Made by a program: the position numbers and the translations under genes. 64,000 nt of DNA from Deltaproteobacteria bacterium (GTDB lineage: Bacteria > Desulfobacterota_D > UBA1144 > Nemesobacterales > CSP1-2), in NCBI GenBank assembly GCA_052390235.1, contig JBQTHB010000003.1, positions 224,001 to 288,000 on the forward strand. Direction: 5' to 3'. Positions 30,264-40,500 of the stretch are shown one piece after another; the first letter of the stretch is position 1; every line of letters starts with the position of its first letter. The notes under the pieces were generated by a model that searched no databases, was not told the DNA's origin, and saw nothing but the letters and a program-made list of their open reading frames with translations.

Positions 30264-31322
30264 TCAGCAGATTCTAGGCAGTTGTTCCCCCGTGAGCATA
30301 TCCACAACCCTCGTGCCGCCGATTCTCGTCTTCATGAACACTATACCCGGATGCTCAGCCGTAATCTCTCCGATGACGACGGCGTCTGTGGCTAATGGGT
30401 TTTCCCTCATTTTTTTGACTATCGAGTCGGCGGCGTCTCTTGCGACTATTGCGATGAGTTTCCCCTCGTTCGCCACATATAGCGGGTCTAGCCCCAGGGT
30501 CTCGCAAGCCCCTTTGACCTCTCTGGTTATCGGGATTTTGCTCTCTTCGATGCGAATCCCCACGCGGGAGCTTGCGGCAAGTTCATTCAGCGCGCTGGCA
30601 ACGCCCCCGCGAGTAGGGTCGCGCATACAGCGGATTTCCAAGCTCACCGAGAGCATATCCGAGACTAGAGCGGCAAGAGAAGCCGTATCGCTCAGTATCT
30701 TGGTCTCGAATTCAAGCCCCTCCCTTACGGACATAATAGCTATCCCGTGAATCCCTATAGCGCCGCTTAGGATGACTCTATCTCCGGGCTTTGCCGCATC
30801 TGCCGAGATTCTCAGCTCTCTTTCAATAACGCCTAGCCCCGAGGTGTTGATGAAAATTTTATCAGCCTTGCCCCTGTCCACGACTTTAGTGTCACCCGTA
30901 ACGAGTTGAACCCCAGCAATATCTGCCGCAGTCTTCATCGAGACGACAATGCGCCATAAATCCTCCATCGGGAATCCCTCCTCCAGAATAAACCCCGCGC
31001 TGATGTAAAGGGGCTTCGCGCCGCTTACGGCAAGGTCGTTTACAGTGCCGTTCACGGCAAGCTCGCCTATGTCCCCTCCGGGGAAGAATATCGGGCTTAC
31101 AACGTAGGAGTCGGTAGTAAAGGCAAGGCGCGCGCCGTTTATCTCCAATGAGGCGGCGTCGTTAAGGGGAGAGAGAAGCGGGTTGCCGAATTGCGGGAGA
31201 AATATCTTTTTCATGAGGTCGGCTGAGAGCTTTCCGCCGCTTCCGTGCCCGAGCAGGACTTTTTTGTAGTTGGTCATCGGCATGGGACAACTCAGGGTGA
31301 ATAATTCGGCTTTCTCGGACAT
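30264..31322 (-). CDS. hypE: Hydrogenase maturation carbamoyl dehydratase
   Basis: GHGSGG, TTDSYVV, GTVNDL, MRDPTRGG, C-terminal PRIC. Confidence 0.96.
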   Translation of the reverse strand: MSEKAELFTLSCPMPMTNYKKVLLGHGSGGKLSADLMKKIFLPQFGNPLLSPLNDAASLEINGARLAFTTDSYVVSPIFFPGGDIGELAVNGTVNDLAVSGAKPLYISAGFILEEGFPMEDLWRIVVSMKTAADIAGVQLVTGDTKVVDRGKADKIFINTSGLGVIERELRISADAAKPGDRVILSGAIGIHGIAIMSVREGLEFETKILSDTASLAALVSDMLSVSLEIRCMRDPTRGGVASALNELAASSRVGIRIEESKIPITREVKGACETLGLDPLYVANEGKLIAIVARDAADSIVKKMRENPLATDAVVIGEITAEHPGIVFMKTRIGGTRVVDMLTGEQLPRIC

Positions 31323-31452
31323 CGCGAGGCCTCCTGGAAATGTAGTTTGGTTTAAGACTCCGTATGAGAGTGAACCCGGCTAAACGCCGCTCCCGAGGGG
31401 ATTTCGTCAATTTCTGGATTCTCGCCCAAGAAGCCACATTCGGCGTGGACGG

Positions 31453-32043
31453 CTAAATAACGTCTTCTTCGCCCAATATGACGTGAATCATATCCCACAT
31501 TATGTGAAGCAGAGTCTCCTGAGTTTCCTGAATGCGGTGGATGCTATAAGTGGGAACAACGAAGCAGTGATCCGAAAGCTGAGGCATCTGGCCCCCGTCC
31601 TTTCCGGCAAAAGCGATAGTTATCATGCCCATCTCGCGCGCCGCCTTGAGTCCGCGTATTACGTTTGCAGATTTGCCGCTCGTGCTGATGCCCAGAGCCA
31701 TATCCCCCGCCCTCCCAAGGAGCTTTATCTGGTCGTGGAATATCATGGAGAAATCCTTATCGTTGCCGATGGCGGTCATGGTAGCCACGTCGTTCGTAAG
31801 GGCGATGGCGGGGAAAGAGCGGCGCTTTTCTATTATAGGATGCAGGAACTCTACGGCTACGTGCTGGGCATCGCAGGCACTCCCGCCGTTGCCCATGACT
31901 AGGAGTTTCCCCCCCTTCGTGAACGCCTCAGCCATCGCCTCGGCGAGACGGAGAATATTATCGGCGTTGTCCTCGAAGAATTTCTCCTTCTGCTCCATGC
32001 TGTCGCGGCACTTGCGGATAATGGTCTCTCTTAGCGGATTCAT
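31453..32043 (-). CDS. GmhA-like SIS-domain protein within the hydrogenase maturation cluster
   Basis: GNGGSACDAQH, TAIGND, ISTSGKS, HRIQE; start moved to ATG 32043. Confidence 0.85.
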   Translation of the reverse strand: MNPLRETIIRKCRDSMEQKEKFFEDNADNILRLAEAMAEAFTKGGKLLVMGNGGSACDAQHVAVEFLHPIIEKRRSFPAIALTNDVATMTAIGNDKDFSMIFHDQIKLLGRAGDMALGISTSGKSANVIRGLKAAREMGMITIAFAGKDGGQMPQLSDHCFVVPTYSIHRIQETQETLLHIMWDMIHVILGEEDVI

Positions 32044-32185
32044 TTTCAGTGGGCTACCTCTTAGATTGATATTGTAGCAGTCAAACGCCGGGTTCGATAG
32101 AGCGCGCGTCGAAGAACCCACTCCCCTCTGGCAGGCTGAGGATGCGCCCCCCCTCATCACGCATCCCGCGCATCTGGCTATTCTA

Positions 32186-33292
32186 TTACCCCGCCGCCGC
32201 CGATTTCAAATATCTGCCGTAGTTATAATACGCGGCACAGGCCCCCTCAGACGAGACCATTGTCGCGCCAAGCGGACGCTCCGGCGTGCATTCTTTGCCG
32301 AAAGCCGGGCATTCGTGCGGTTTTTTCAGTCCCCTCAGCACCTGCCCGCTTATGCAAGCCGAAGACTCCTCAGCCTCGATGTAGTCAACGCCAAAAATCC
32401 TCTCGGCGTCGTGTTCGCGGTATTCATATTTGAGCTTATAACCACTCTTGGGAATTATGCCTATGCCGCGCCATTTTCTGTCGGCAATATCGAAAACATC
32501 GAGAATAATTTTTTGAGCCGGCAGGTTTCCCTCCCTCTTCACTGCCCTTGCGTACTGGTTTTGGACGTCGTGCCTGCCCTCTTCGAGCTGCTTTACCGTG
32601 AGATAAACCCCCTCAAGGAGATCTAGCGGCTCAAACCCCGTAACGACTATCGGCACTCTGTAGCGCGCAGAGATTGGCTCGTATTCCCACCACCCCATGA
32701 CGGCGCACACATGGCCCGCTCCAAGGAATCCCTGCACTTGGTTATGCGGGGACTGCAAGATAGAAGCCATCGAAGGGGGAACGAGAACGTGCGAGACGAG
32801 TATGGAGAAATTATTTATTCCGAGCCGCTTTGCCTGCCATACGGACATAGCGTTTGCAGGGGCGGTTGTCTCGAAGCCGACGGCGAAAAATACGACTTTT
32901 TTCTGAGGGTTGTTCTGGGCGATTTTCAGCGCGTCAAGCGGCGAATAGACGATTCTCACGTCGCCCCCCTCGGATTTAACGGCAAAGAGGTCTCTTTTCG
33001 AGCCGGGCACTCGGAGCATATCCCCGAAGGAGGTAAAAATCACATCCGGGCTTGCGGCAATCTCAAGCGCCTTGTCAATCATCTCAAGCGGGGTTACGCA
33101 CACAGGACACCCCGGCCCATGCACGAGCGTAACGTCTTTTGGCAGAAGCTCGTCAATTCCATATTTCACTATCGTGTGAGTCTGTCCGCCGCAGACCTCC
33201 ATTATGACCCATGGATGCTTCGTCGCTCCGTGAATCCTGTCCACCATGCGCGCCGCCGCATCAGGGTCCCTGTATTCATCCAAATATTTCAT
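32186..33292 (-). CDS. hypD: Hydrogenase maturation protein HypD
   Basis: [38 protein letters not shown]. Confidence 0.96.
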   Translation of the reverse strand: MKYLDEYRDPDAAARMVDRIHGATKHPWVIMEVCGGQTHTIVKYGIDELLPKDVTLVHGPGCPVCVTPLEMIDKALEIAASPDVIFTSFGDMLRVPGSKRDLFAVKSEGGDVRIVYSPLDALKIAQNNPQKKVVFFAVGFETTAPANAMSVWQAKRLGINNFSILVSHVLVPPSMASILQSPHNQVQGFLGAGHVCAVMGWWEYEPISARYRVPIVVTGFEPLDLLEGVYLTVKQLEEGRHDVQNQYARAVKREGNLPAQKIILDVFDIADRKWRGIGIIPKSGYKLKYEYREHDAERIFGVDYIEAEESSACISGQVLRGLKKPHECPAFGKECTPERPLGATMVSSEGACAAYYNYGRYLKSAAAG

Positions 33293-33399
33293 AAGCCGCC
33301 ACCTCCTTTTTTTGACAGTTAAACCCAGCCCTCAGCGCGGAGACTCGAAAACGCCGAGGACGAGAATTCTCTAAGCCCTAGCATCTCGCATCTCGATTT

Positions 33400-33663
33400 C
33401 TAGTTGCCCTCGTCCTCATCATCTCCGGCAAGCTCTCCAAGCTCGTTCATTGCATCGAGAAACTCAAAAACCTTTCGAGCCTCCTCCTCGTCAACTTTGC
33501 TAAGCGCGAACCCCACGTGAACTAGGGCGTAATCCCCAAGCTCGAGCTCCGGCACGTACTCAAAGCACGCCTTTCTCGACACGCCGTCAAAGTCAACCTT
33601 CCCCATTTTGATGCCATTTTCATAGAAAATCTCAACTACTCTTCCGGGTATCGCCAAGCACAT
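33400..33663 (-). CDS. hypC: Hydrogenase chaperone HypC
   Basis: MCLAIPG, LVHVGFAL. Confidence 0.96.
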   Translation of the reverse strand: MCLAIPGRVVEIFYENGIKMGKVDFDGVSRKACFEYVPELELGDYALVHVGFALSKVDEEEARKVFEFLDAMNELGELAGDDEDEGN

Positions 33664-33763
33664 CTCGCATCACCTCCTCAAATTTTTCTCGCGCGCGGCA
33701 GGGAGAGCGCATCATCCCATACCCCCCTCCCGCCGCTTTACGCGCCACTGCGCAATCCCTCTG

Positions 33764-34438
33764 TTAGAACCTAAATCCCGTCCTGCCGGTAAACGTATAG
33801 AAACTCCCGTTCGGACCGCTAATGAAGTTATACCGCGCCTCAGCTCCCACGAACACCTTTGGAGTGATATTCATATCCACGCCGATTCCCGTGTGAAGCC
33901 CAAGATTCACGTCTCCCTGTCCTGCGGGAAACCCCCTGCGGTCAAGCTCAGCGGGCAGGGGTGAAATTCCGCCTGCGAAATCATCTCCCAAAGCCGCGCC
34001 GTCCGTAGAGCTAAGCAGCACGTTGAACCCCGGCGCAACAACTATGTAGGGCTGAAAGAAATTCGAGAAGAGAAACTTATACTTCAGCCCCGCTATCACC
34101 GAGAGATTCGTCAAATCAACCTCGGTCGAGGTAACCGCCCCCGCAGGCGCGCCAACGACAACCAGCGGAGAGACCGCCGAAACCTCGTCGTCCGTCCTAG
34201 CAAGCCCGATGTGGACAATTCCCATCAGGATGCCGGGGCCTATTGGCACAAGGGGCAGCCCCACCTCGCCTGCAATGTAGAATCCCGCGCCCGTGTCAAA
34301 GGGCCCAATCTGAGCGCCAAGGGCGAATGCAAACTCTCCGCCAATCCCCTGAGCCTTCGATGTGTCAGCCGTATAAAGCAAACCCGCCGCTACAAAGATT
34401 AAAATCGCTAAAACCCTCCACAAATTAACTTTAGTCAT
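33764..34438 (-). CDS. Small outer-membrane beta-barrel protein (OmpW/OmpA-TM-like)
   Basis: Signal peptide, amphipathic strands (AGLKYKF, FQPYI, GIGVDMNI, FVGAEARY), C-terminal GFRF with terminal Phe. Confidence 0.7.
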   Translation of the reverse strand: MTKVNLWRVLAILIFVAAGLLYTADTSKAQGIGGEFAFALGAQIGPFDTGAGFYIAGEVGLPLVPIGPGILMGIVHIGLARTDDEVSAVSPLVVVGAPAGAVTSTEVDLTNLSVIAGLKYKFLFSNFFQPYIVVAPGFNVLLSSTDGAALGDDFAGGISPLPAELDRRGFPAGQGDVNLGLHTGIGVDMNITPKVFVGAEARYNFISGPNGSFYTFTGRTGFRF

Positions 34439-34510
34439 CTTAGTTCCCCTCCGGTTAGAGTTTTGTTTAGATACAAACTAAAGCTAGTTCCACCACAATT
34501 AATTTTTAAG

Positions 34511-36901
34511 CTAAGTAGCGGCTACTTCTCGGGAATTTTTATATTCATCTCCCTTCACCTCCCCCGGAACGCCGGTTTTTATCTGTTTCCCTCCTCTCAC
34601 TTCTCCGCGCGCCAAAACGGCCGACGCCACGGCAACCTGCCCAAGAGCAATGCCGCCGTCGTTGGCAGGCACTCTCTGATGGATATAAGGTCTAAAACCT
34701 CCCTCGCACAGAATTCGGCAAACCCTCTCCGTGAGATAGCGGTTCTGAAATACGCCTCCCGACAAAACCACTCTCTCCAGATTAAATAATCGAGCCGCAT
34801 CAACGACAATCCGGGCGAGGGTGTTGTGAAACTTCGCCGACACCTGCGAGGCAGCCGCCCCCCTGCGCGCATCGTCCAAAATGGCGAGAACCGTGGGCAT
34901 CCAATCCACAATTGCGGGACTTGCCGCTTTGCGCGCAATCTCAAATGGATACGAGCGCTCAACGCCATCTGCCGCCGCGTATTCAAGCTCCGCCGCCGCC
35001 TGCCCCTCGAATCCTGCCCGAAGCCTCAATCCGGCTAAAGCTGAAACTGCGTCGAAAATCCTCCCCGCGCTCGATGTAACTGGAGAATTCACTCCCCGCT
35101 CAAGCATCCTCATAAACACTGCAAGCTCCTCGCGGCTGAAAGAGCGAATAAGCGCAATGTCTGACATCCCCAGAACACCCTCGCCGAAAATCTCGAAAAG
35201 CATCCCCAAAGCGGCGCGCCTCGGCTCTCGCACTGCCATCTCGCCCCCCGGAAGCCTAAAAGTCCTGAAATGCGCCAGACGCTCAAAGGACTCGTAATCC
35301 GCCCTGAGAAACTCCCCTCCCCACACCGTGCCGTCCCCTCCGTATCCCGTGCCATCCCAGCAGATTCCCAGAACCTCCCCCTCCAGTTCATTCTCAGCCA
35401 TGCAGGCGGCAACGTGGGCGTGATGGTGCTGAACATGGACGAGGGGAATATCCAGAGTCTTGGCGTATTTCGTCGAGAGGTAATCCGGGTGCATATCGCA
35501 GGCTACGGCTTCAGGCTCGAAATCATATAATCTCCTGAAATCCTCAATTACCCGCAGGAAAGCCGTATAAGCATCTTCGGTTTCAAGGTCTCCTATGTGC
35601 TGGCTAATGAAAACATCCCCGCCCGCAGAGATTGCAACCGTGTTTTTCAGATGCGCCCCAACGGCTAGGATTTTAGCCATGGATTCACCGGCGGGACGGC
35701 GAATAGAAACTGGAAGCGGCGCATAACCTCTGGAGCGGCGCATAACCTGCCCAACTCCAGCGACCACCCTGACAATGGAGTCATCGGCGCGTCTCACAAT
35801 GGCGCGGTCGTGAACCAAGAGCAGGTCAGGGATGCCCTGAAGCCTGATAGGGGCCTCGCGCTCGTCCGAAACTATAGGCTCGTCCGAGAGGTTCGCGCTT
35901 GTAGCCACGACGGGAAAGCCAAGCTCCCGCATCAATATTATGTGAAGGGGCGAATAGGGGAGCATCACTCCTAAGTAGGGATTCCGAGGGGCGACATTTG
36001 GAGCGATGCTGGCGGCGGCGCAGGCGCGCCTGCTGAGAATAACTATCGGGCTTTCGGCAGAGAGCAGCATCATCTGCTCTGCCGCCGACACCTCGCAGGC
36101 ATCCCTAACGGATTCCATCGAGGGGAACATCAGGGCAAACGGCTTTTCCTCTCGGCGTTTTCTCTCCCGAAGCCTAGAGACAGCCCTCTCATCCCCTGCG
36201 TTCACCATGAGATGAAATCCGCCGATTCCCTTAACGGCTATAATTTTCCCTCGCCTCAGGGCGTGTGATGCTTGGATAACAGCGTCCCTCTGTTCGGCAA
36301 TGACCTCGCCTTCGGCAGTCCAAAGCTCAACCCTAGGGCCACAGGCCGGACAGGCCACAGGCTCGGCGTGAAAGCGTCTTTCGAGAGGGTTTTCATATTC
36401 GCGGCGGCAGTCCGCGCACATCGGAAATGATTTCATCGAGGTATTTTGTCTATCGTAGGGAATCTCCTCAATGATTGTAAAGCGGGGGCCGCAGTTCGTG
36501 CAGTTCGTAAAGGGGTAATCAAACCTCCTGTCGGCGGGGTCTAATATCTCAGCCCTGCATTCGGCGCACGTCGCTATATCGGGCAGGATGAGGGCGGTTT
36601 TAGCCCCCGAATCCGCGCTCAGGCGTATCTCGAAACCGTTGTATCCGGCGGCGTCAAGAAACGAAGACTCAAGGCTCTGGATTATCGCGCGCGGAGGCTT
36701 CTGGGAGTTTAGGGCAATCAAAAAGGAATCGAGCATGGGCTTTGCCCCCTCGACCTCGATAAAAACCCCCTGAGAGGAGTTTACCACCCAGCCCGAAAGC
36801 TCCATGCGCGTTGCCAAACGATAGACAAAGGGTCTGAATCCGACCCCCTGCACCGCGCCCCTTACGACGACTTTAAGACGCATGACCGTGGCATCTGGCA
36901 T
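34511..36901 (-). CDS. hypF: Carbamoyltransferase HypF
   Basis: GAVQGVGFRPFVY, two CxxC-x18-CxxC zinc fingers, KGIGGFHL, QHHHAH, NDGGIALGQ. Confidence 0.96.
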   Translation of the reverse strand: MPDATVMRLKVVVRGAVQGVGFRPFVYRLATRMELSGWVVNSSQGVFIEVEGAKPMLDSFLIALNSQKPPRAIIQSLESSFLDAAGYNGFEIRLSADSGAKTALILPDIATCAECRAEILDPADRRFDYPFTNCTNCGPRFTIIEEIPYDRQNTSMKSFPMCADCRREYENPLERRFHAEPVACPACGPRVELWTAEGEVIAEQRDAVIQASHALRRGKIIAVKGIGGFHLMVNAGDERAVSRLRERKRREEKPFALMFPSMESVRDACEVSAAEQMMLLSAESPIVILSRRACAAASIAPNVAPRNPYLGVMLPYSPLHIILMRELGFPVVATSANLSDEPIVSDEREAPIRLQGIPDLLLVHDRAIVRRADDSIVRVVAGVGQVMRRSRGYAPLPVSIRRPAGESMAKILAVGAHLKNTVAISAGGDVFISQHIGDLETEDAYTAFLRVIEDFRRLYDFEPEAVACDMHPDYLSTKYAKTLDIPLVHVQHHHAHVAACMAENELEGEVLGICWDGTGYGGDGTVWGGEFLRADYESFERLAHFRTFRLPGGEMAVREPRRAALGMLFEIFGEGVLGMSDIALIRSFSREELAVFMRMLERGVNSPVTSSAGRIFDAVSALAGLRLRAGFEGQAAAELEYAAADGVERSYPFEIARKAASPAIVDWMPTVLAILDDARRGAAASQVSAKFHNTLARIVVDAARLFNLERVVLSGGVFQNRYLTERVCRILCEGGFRPYIHQRVPANDGGIALGQVAVASAVLARGEVRGGKQIKTGVPGEVKGDEYKNSREVAAT

Positions 36902-36952
36902 GGGGATTCTCCTATCGCCGGCGCACAAATTAACTGGACAAGGCAGCGCGCC

Positions 36953-37507
36953 TCAGCCGCCCTCTGCTGCGCCGAAAATATCGAATGTGAATTTTAGCTC
37001 GTCTTTAACCTTGACCGCCCCCATTGCGGCGGAGAAGGGTTTAATCCGATAATTACTCTGTTTGAGCATAAACTCTCCGCTTGTGCGAAAGCCCTCAGGC
37101 AGAACTCTCATCTGTGTATCAACGCGCTCTTTATTCGTAACGCCGTGCAGAGATAGCTCCCCGTCAATAATCACCCGATACCAGCCATTGGCAATTTTTG
37201 TGGCGGTTACGCCGACGCTCTGGAAAACGACCTCAGGGTATCTCGACGTTTCAATCACCTGAGTGCGCATACTAGATTCAATGTCCTTGCGGTCTTTCTC
37301 GCTCATGTTGTCGGCAAGCGAGAGAGAATCGGTCATTATCACGATGCGTATGGAGGACGCTTCGGGCGCGTCGGCAGAGAAACCAGCCTCGCCCGTGAAT
37401 TCCGCTATTTTGAATATCGGATTATGGCCGAACGCAGAGAGCATCCCCCCTGCGAAAGCCTGCACTGTGAAGCGGCTCCGTTTAGCGTCCAATTTATATT
37501 GCGGCAT
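36953..37507 (-). CDS. YceI-like protein
   Basis: Beta-barrel pattern, IDGELSLHGVT, KVKDELKFTF; no signal peptide. Confidence 0.75.
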   Translation of the reverse strand: MPQYKLDAKRSRFTVQAFAGGMLSAFGHNPIFKIAEFTGEAGFSADAPEASSIRIVIMTDSLSLADNMSEKDRKDIESSMRTQVIETSRYPEVVFQSVGVTATKIANGWYRVIIDGELSLHGVTNKERVDTQMRVLPEGFRTSGEFMLKQSNYRIKPFSAAMGAVKVKDELKFTFDIFGAAEGG

Positions 37508-37663
37508 AAGGTTCTCCTAAGTTTCGGCATCACAGGCGGTCTCGAACGGCTATACGGAAACGGCGCTCAATATTTCTCTGGAGAGGCTCTATCCCAGATA
37601 ATTTCCCAAATCGCATAAAACGCCCGCGCTGAACTACTGCCCAATCCCCAATCCAGCGGCGGT

Positions 37664-38119
37664 TCAATCATCGTGGTCGTGTGGGTGGGGATGATGGCGG
37701 TGGTGCGGGTCATCGGCGTGATGCTCCCGAATATGCTCTTCTAATATCCCCTCGGCGTCAACGGCAAGCCGCCTCAGCACAACGCCGCTTGCAAGCTCCA
37801 CCTCATCCACCGATACTTCATCGCCCGAAATCAGCTCTAAGTCAGCCGACCCGCATTCGGCGCACACAAACGGAGGACTCGCTATCTCGGACTTTGACGA
37901 GCAAGACCGGCACGCGAAAACCGCCGGTAGTTCTTCAATTTCAATTGCCGCCTCCGCCGCCGGCGTATCAGCCGAGACGAGCTCGAAAGAAAACTTAAGG
38001 CTATCCGGCACGACCATCTGCATTCTGCCTATATGAAGCCGGATTTTAGCCACTTTCTGCTCGCCGGCAGCGTCCAAAACCACGTCCAATATACCTTCGG
38101 CTAGTCCCATCTCGTGCAT
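37664..38119 (-). CDS. hypA: Nickel metallochaperone HypA with His-rich C-terminal tail
   Basis: MHE N-terminus, CRSC and CAEC motifs, tail EEHIREHHADDPHHRHHPHPHDHDD. Confidence 0.92.
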   Translation of the reverse strand: MHEMGLAEGILDVVLDAAGEQKVAKIRLHIGRMQMVVPDSLKFSFELVSADTPAAEAAIEIEELPAVFACRSCSSKSEIASPPFVCAECGSADLELISGDEVSVDEVELASGVVLRRLAVDAEGILEEHIREHHADDPHHRHHPHPHDHDD

Positions 38120-38212
38120 ATCTCATCTCCTCTTTTGAAGGGAAAGGCGTTACGCGCCGCCGTCCTTTTTACCGGAACTTCCACCTTCCGTTTGACGCAT
38201 AACGCCCTGAAA

Positions 38213-38488
38213 TTACATGGATTTTGCTTTCACATAGCGCTCTATATCGGGGAGCAGCCCCGCAAGCCCCGCGCCCATAGGGTCGTTGAGGAAACTCGCA
38301 ATATTCATCCCCGGCGGAAGCATATCGCCGAGCTTTTCCATGAGCGATTGGCGCATCTCAGGATTCGCTATCATGCGCCGCACGTCAGGGTGTCCCATTA
38401 AAAGCCCGAACCCCAGAGCCACTAACGCAAGCCCCCCAGCCACAAAGAGCATATCCTTCATATCGCTGGGAATATCGTAATTCTGCAT
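38213..38488 (-). CDS. Small membrane protein of the hhy cluster
   Basis: One TM helix; C-terminal PDIERY...M resembles small proteins of group 1h clusters; AGGAGG RBS. Confidence 0.65.
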   Translation of the reverse strand: MQNYDIPSDMKDMLFVAGGLALVALGFGLLMGHPDVRRMIANPEMRQSLMEKLGDMLPPGMNIASFLNDPMGAGLAGLLPDIERYVKAKSM

Positions 38489-38503
38489 AACCCACCTCCT
38501 TGC

Positions 38504-39043
38504 CTAATTGGATTTTAACTCCTCTGCTTCCCTGTTATTATTGAGGATTTCTCCGACCAGCGACTCGACCAATTTCACGGCTTCGTCAACGGCAGAGCGA
38601 ACCGGCTCGCTAAGCCCGATATATCCCTCATCATCGTCCGAGCCAAAAGTAAAAGGCTCGCATCCGACAACTAAAATCCTCTTACACCCCGCCCCGCCCA
38701 TCGTCTTTACAAGCTGAAGCACCCTCGCCGGATTCATTCCATGGGTCTCAAGGCTCACCCCGCCTCCTTCGCCCCCGCCTTCTAGCTGAATCTCATCCAT
38801 ATCCGGCTCGACGACATAGAGTGTGCCGGGGACATCCCCGCGCGGCATCGCATCAACCAATATCGCGGCATCGTAAGGGTCCATAAGCGCGTACGCCAAA
38901 TCAAAACCCCTTATGCCGTAATCCGCCACTCGAACCCCTTCGGGCATAGCGCGCCCGGCGAGCCTTCCCGCCACCTCGACTCCGAACCCATCGTCGCCAA
39001 GGAAAATATTTCCTATTCCGGCAATTAGTATTCGCTCGGACAT
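38504..39043 (-). CDS. Hydrogenase maturation protease (HupD/HyaD family)
   Basis: AGIGNIFLGDDGFG, LVDA, THGM, VGCEP. Confidence 0.9.
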   Translation of the reverse strand: MSERILIAGIGNIFLGDDGFGVEVAGRLAGRAMPEGVRVADYGIRGFDLAYALMDPYDAAILVDAMPRGDVPGTLYVVEPDMDEIQLEGGGEGGGVSLETHGMNPARVLQLVKTMGGAGCKRILVVGCEPFTFGSDDDEGYIGLSEPVRSAVDEAVKLVESLVGEILNNNREAEELKSN

Positions 39044-40500
39044 TAGCCCTCCCTCCCCGACGCCGCGCCCAGCGTCTCACGCGCAGTATCCTCGTATGGG
39101 ACACCCTCCCCGACGAGAGGACACACCTCTTCAGGAGAGAAAAAGAACCGATGCCCCGGCATTTTCTTCATATCGAAATCCCGTCCGGGGTCGTCCTCAA
39201 CCGTAACCACCAAGTAGAGCCTGTCCTCGTAGTCCTGCTCAATAGATTCTATTATCGCCGTCTTCCCAACGAGCGCGACATCGAACACGTCCCCCCTGCC
39301 TGCGGGCTTTAGGACGACTCTCGCCCCCGGCTTAAGCTCGACGCCCGCAACCACAACCGAAGACGGTTTTTCTTCGAGCGGATTCCACCCCGTGATACCG
39401 TCCGAATTGTCCCACCCGTCTTGGGGCTCGGGCGCGGAATCCTCGGCGGCGAGCGGGCGAATGTCTCTCATCGTGCCGTGGAGTTTCATCATCTCCTCCC
39501 TTGTTATGGACTCAGCCCTCTCAAGCAGGAGGCGCGCTTTATCGTCGAAAGAGCGTATCTCGTTCTTCTCCTCTTCCGAGAGGGTCAGGATTCTAAGGGT
39601 CAGAATTTCGTCAATTTCGGTTGCATCAAAGAGGTCTCCCGCGCTTTCCGGGGCGATTTGAGGGTAATCGTAGAGGATAATGGGCGATGCGAGAAGGGCG
39701 TCGTTTTCCCCCTCGCCGCTCACCAAAACAGGGAAATTGCCTATATTCCCGCATTCCGAGGCGAATTTCTGAAACTCCGTTGGCGGGTCAATTAGAGAGA
39801 TGAAACGCCCGCCTTCAATGCCGAAGACCGCGTGAGTAGAGACGAATGAGCGCCCAAGAGCGTCATTGCGGGACTGAGAGCCGCCGCCAGTGGACGTGAG
39901 ATTCAGTATCCGCGCCCTGATTTTATACACCTCTGGCGCAAGCCGCTCCGAAGAGATTTCAATCATCCCCTCTATCGCCTCGCTTTCCCGAACGATGATG
40001 CCGGCTATTGAGCCTGCGGGGGATTTTATCGGCTCAAGCGACCTGCTGGATGCAAAGGAAAAGGGGAAATTCTGGGGGGCATTAGCCAATTGGGCGAGGT
40101 CTAAATTCTCGACTATAACCTCGCGCTCCGCCGCTTCCTGCCAGCCGAGGTAGTTTTTGTCTCCAACCCGAAGCGAGCCGACAATCTTGAAGGCAGGTTC
40201 AGGGTCAAGCGCTGAGGCAGGATTTTCCATCTCCCCTATTTTTCTCTCCACAACGTGCAGGAAACGGACCCTGAGTTCAAAGCGCGGGGCAACGGGTGAA
40301 TTCTCATCCGCTACGGCTAGGCATTCGGTCTGCATAGTCCACGCGTCAAAACCGCCCCCCGACTCGCTGTAGGAGCGAGGATATATCCCGCCGAACGTCC
40401 ATCTCTGCCTGTTTTTCACGGAGGACGGGGTGTATGGATAGAGAATATACCCCTCGTACAGCACGGCGGAGGCGATTTTCTCGACAAAGGCGAGATTCAT
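39043..40500 (-). CDS. Conserved group 1h hydrogenase accessory protein
   Basis: AVLYEGYILYPY...KNRQRWTFG, SPIILYDYPQIAPESAGDLFDATEIDEILTLR; translationally coupled to neighbours. Confidence 0.8.
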   Translation of the reverse strand: MNLAFVEKIASAVLYEGYILYPYTPSSVKNRQRWTFGGIYPRSYSESGGGFDAWTMQTECLAVADENSPVAPRFELRVRFLHVVERKIGEMENPASALDPEPAFKIVGSLRVGDKNYLGWQEAAEREVIVENLDLAQLANAPQNFPFSFASSRSLEPIKSPAGSIAGIIVRESEAIEGMIEISSERLAPEVYKIRARILNLTSTGGGSQSRNDALGRSFVSTHAVFGIEGGRFISLIDPPTEFQKFASECGNIGNFPVLVSGEGENDALLASPIILYDYPQIAPESAGDLFDATEIDEILTLRILTLSEEEKNEIRSFDDKARLLLERAESITREEMMKLHGTMRDIRPLAAEDSAPEPQDGWDNSDGITGWNPLEEKPSSVVVAGVELKPGARVVLKPAGRGDVFDVALVGKTAIIESIEQDYEDRLYLVVTVEDDPGRDFDMKKMPGHRFFFSPEEVCPLVGEGVPYEDTARETLGAASGREG

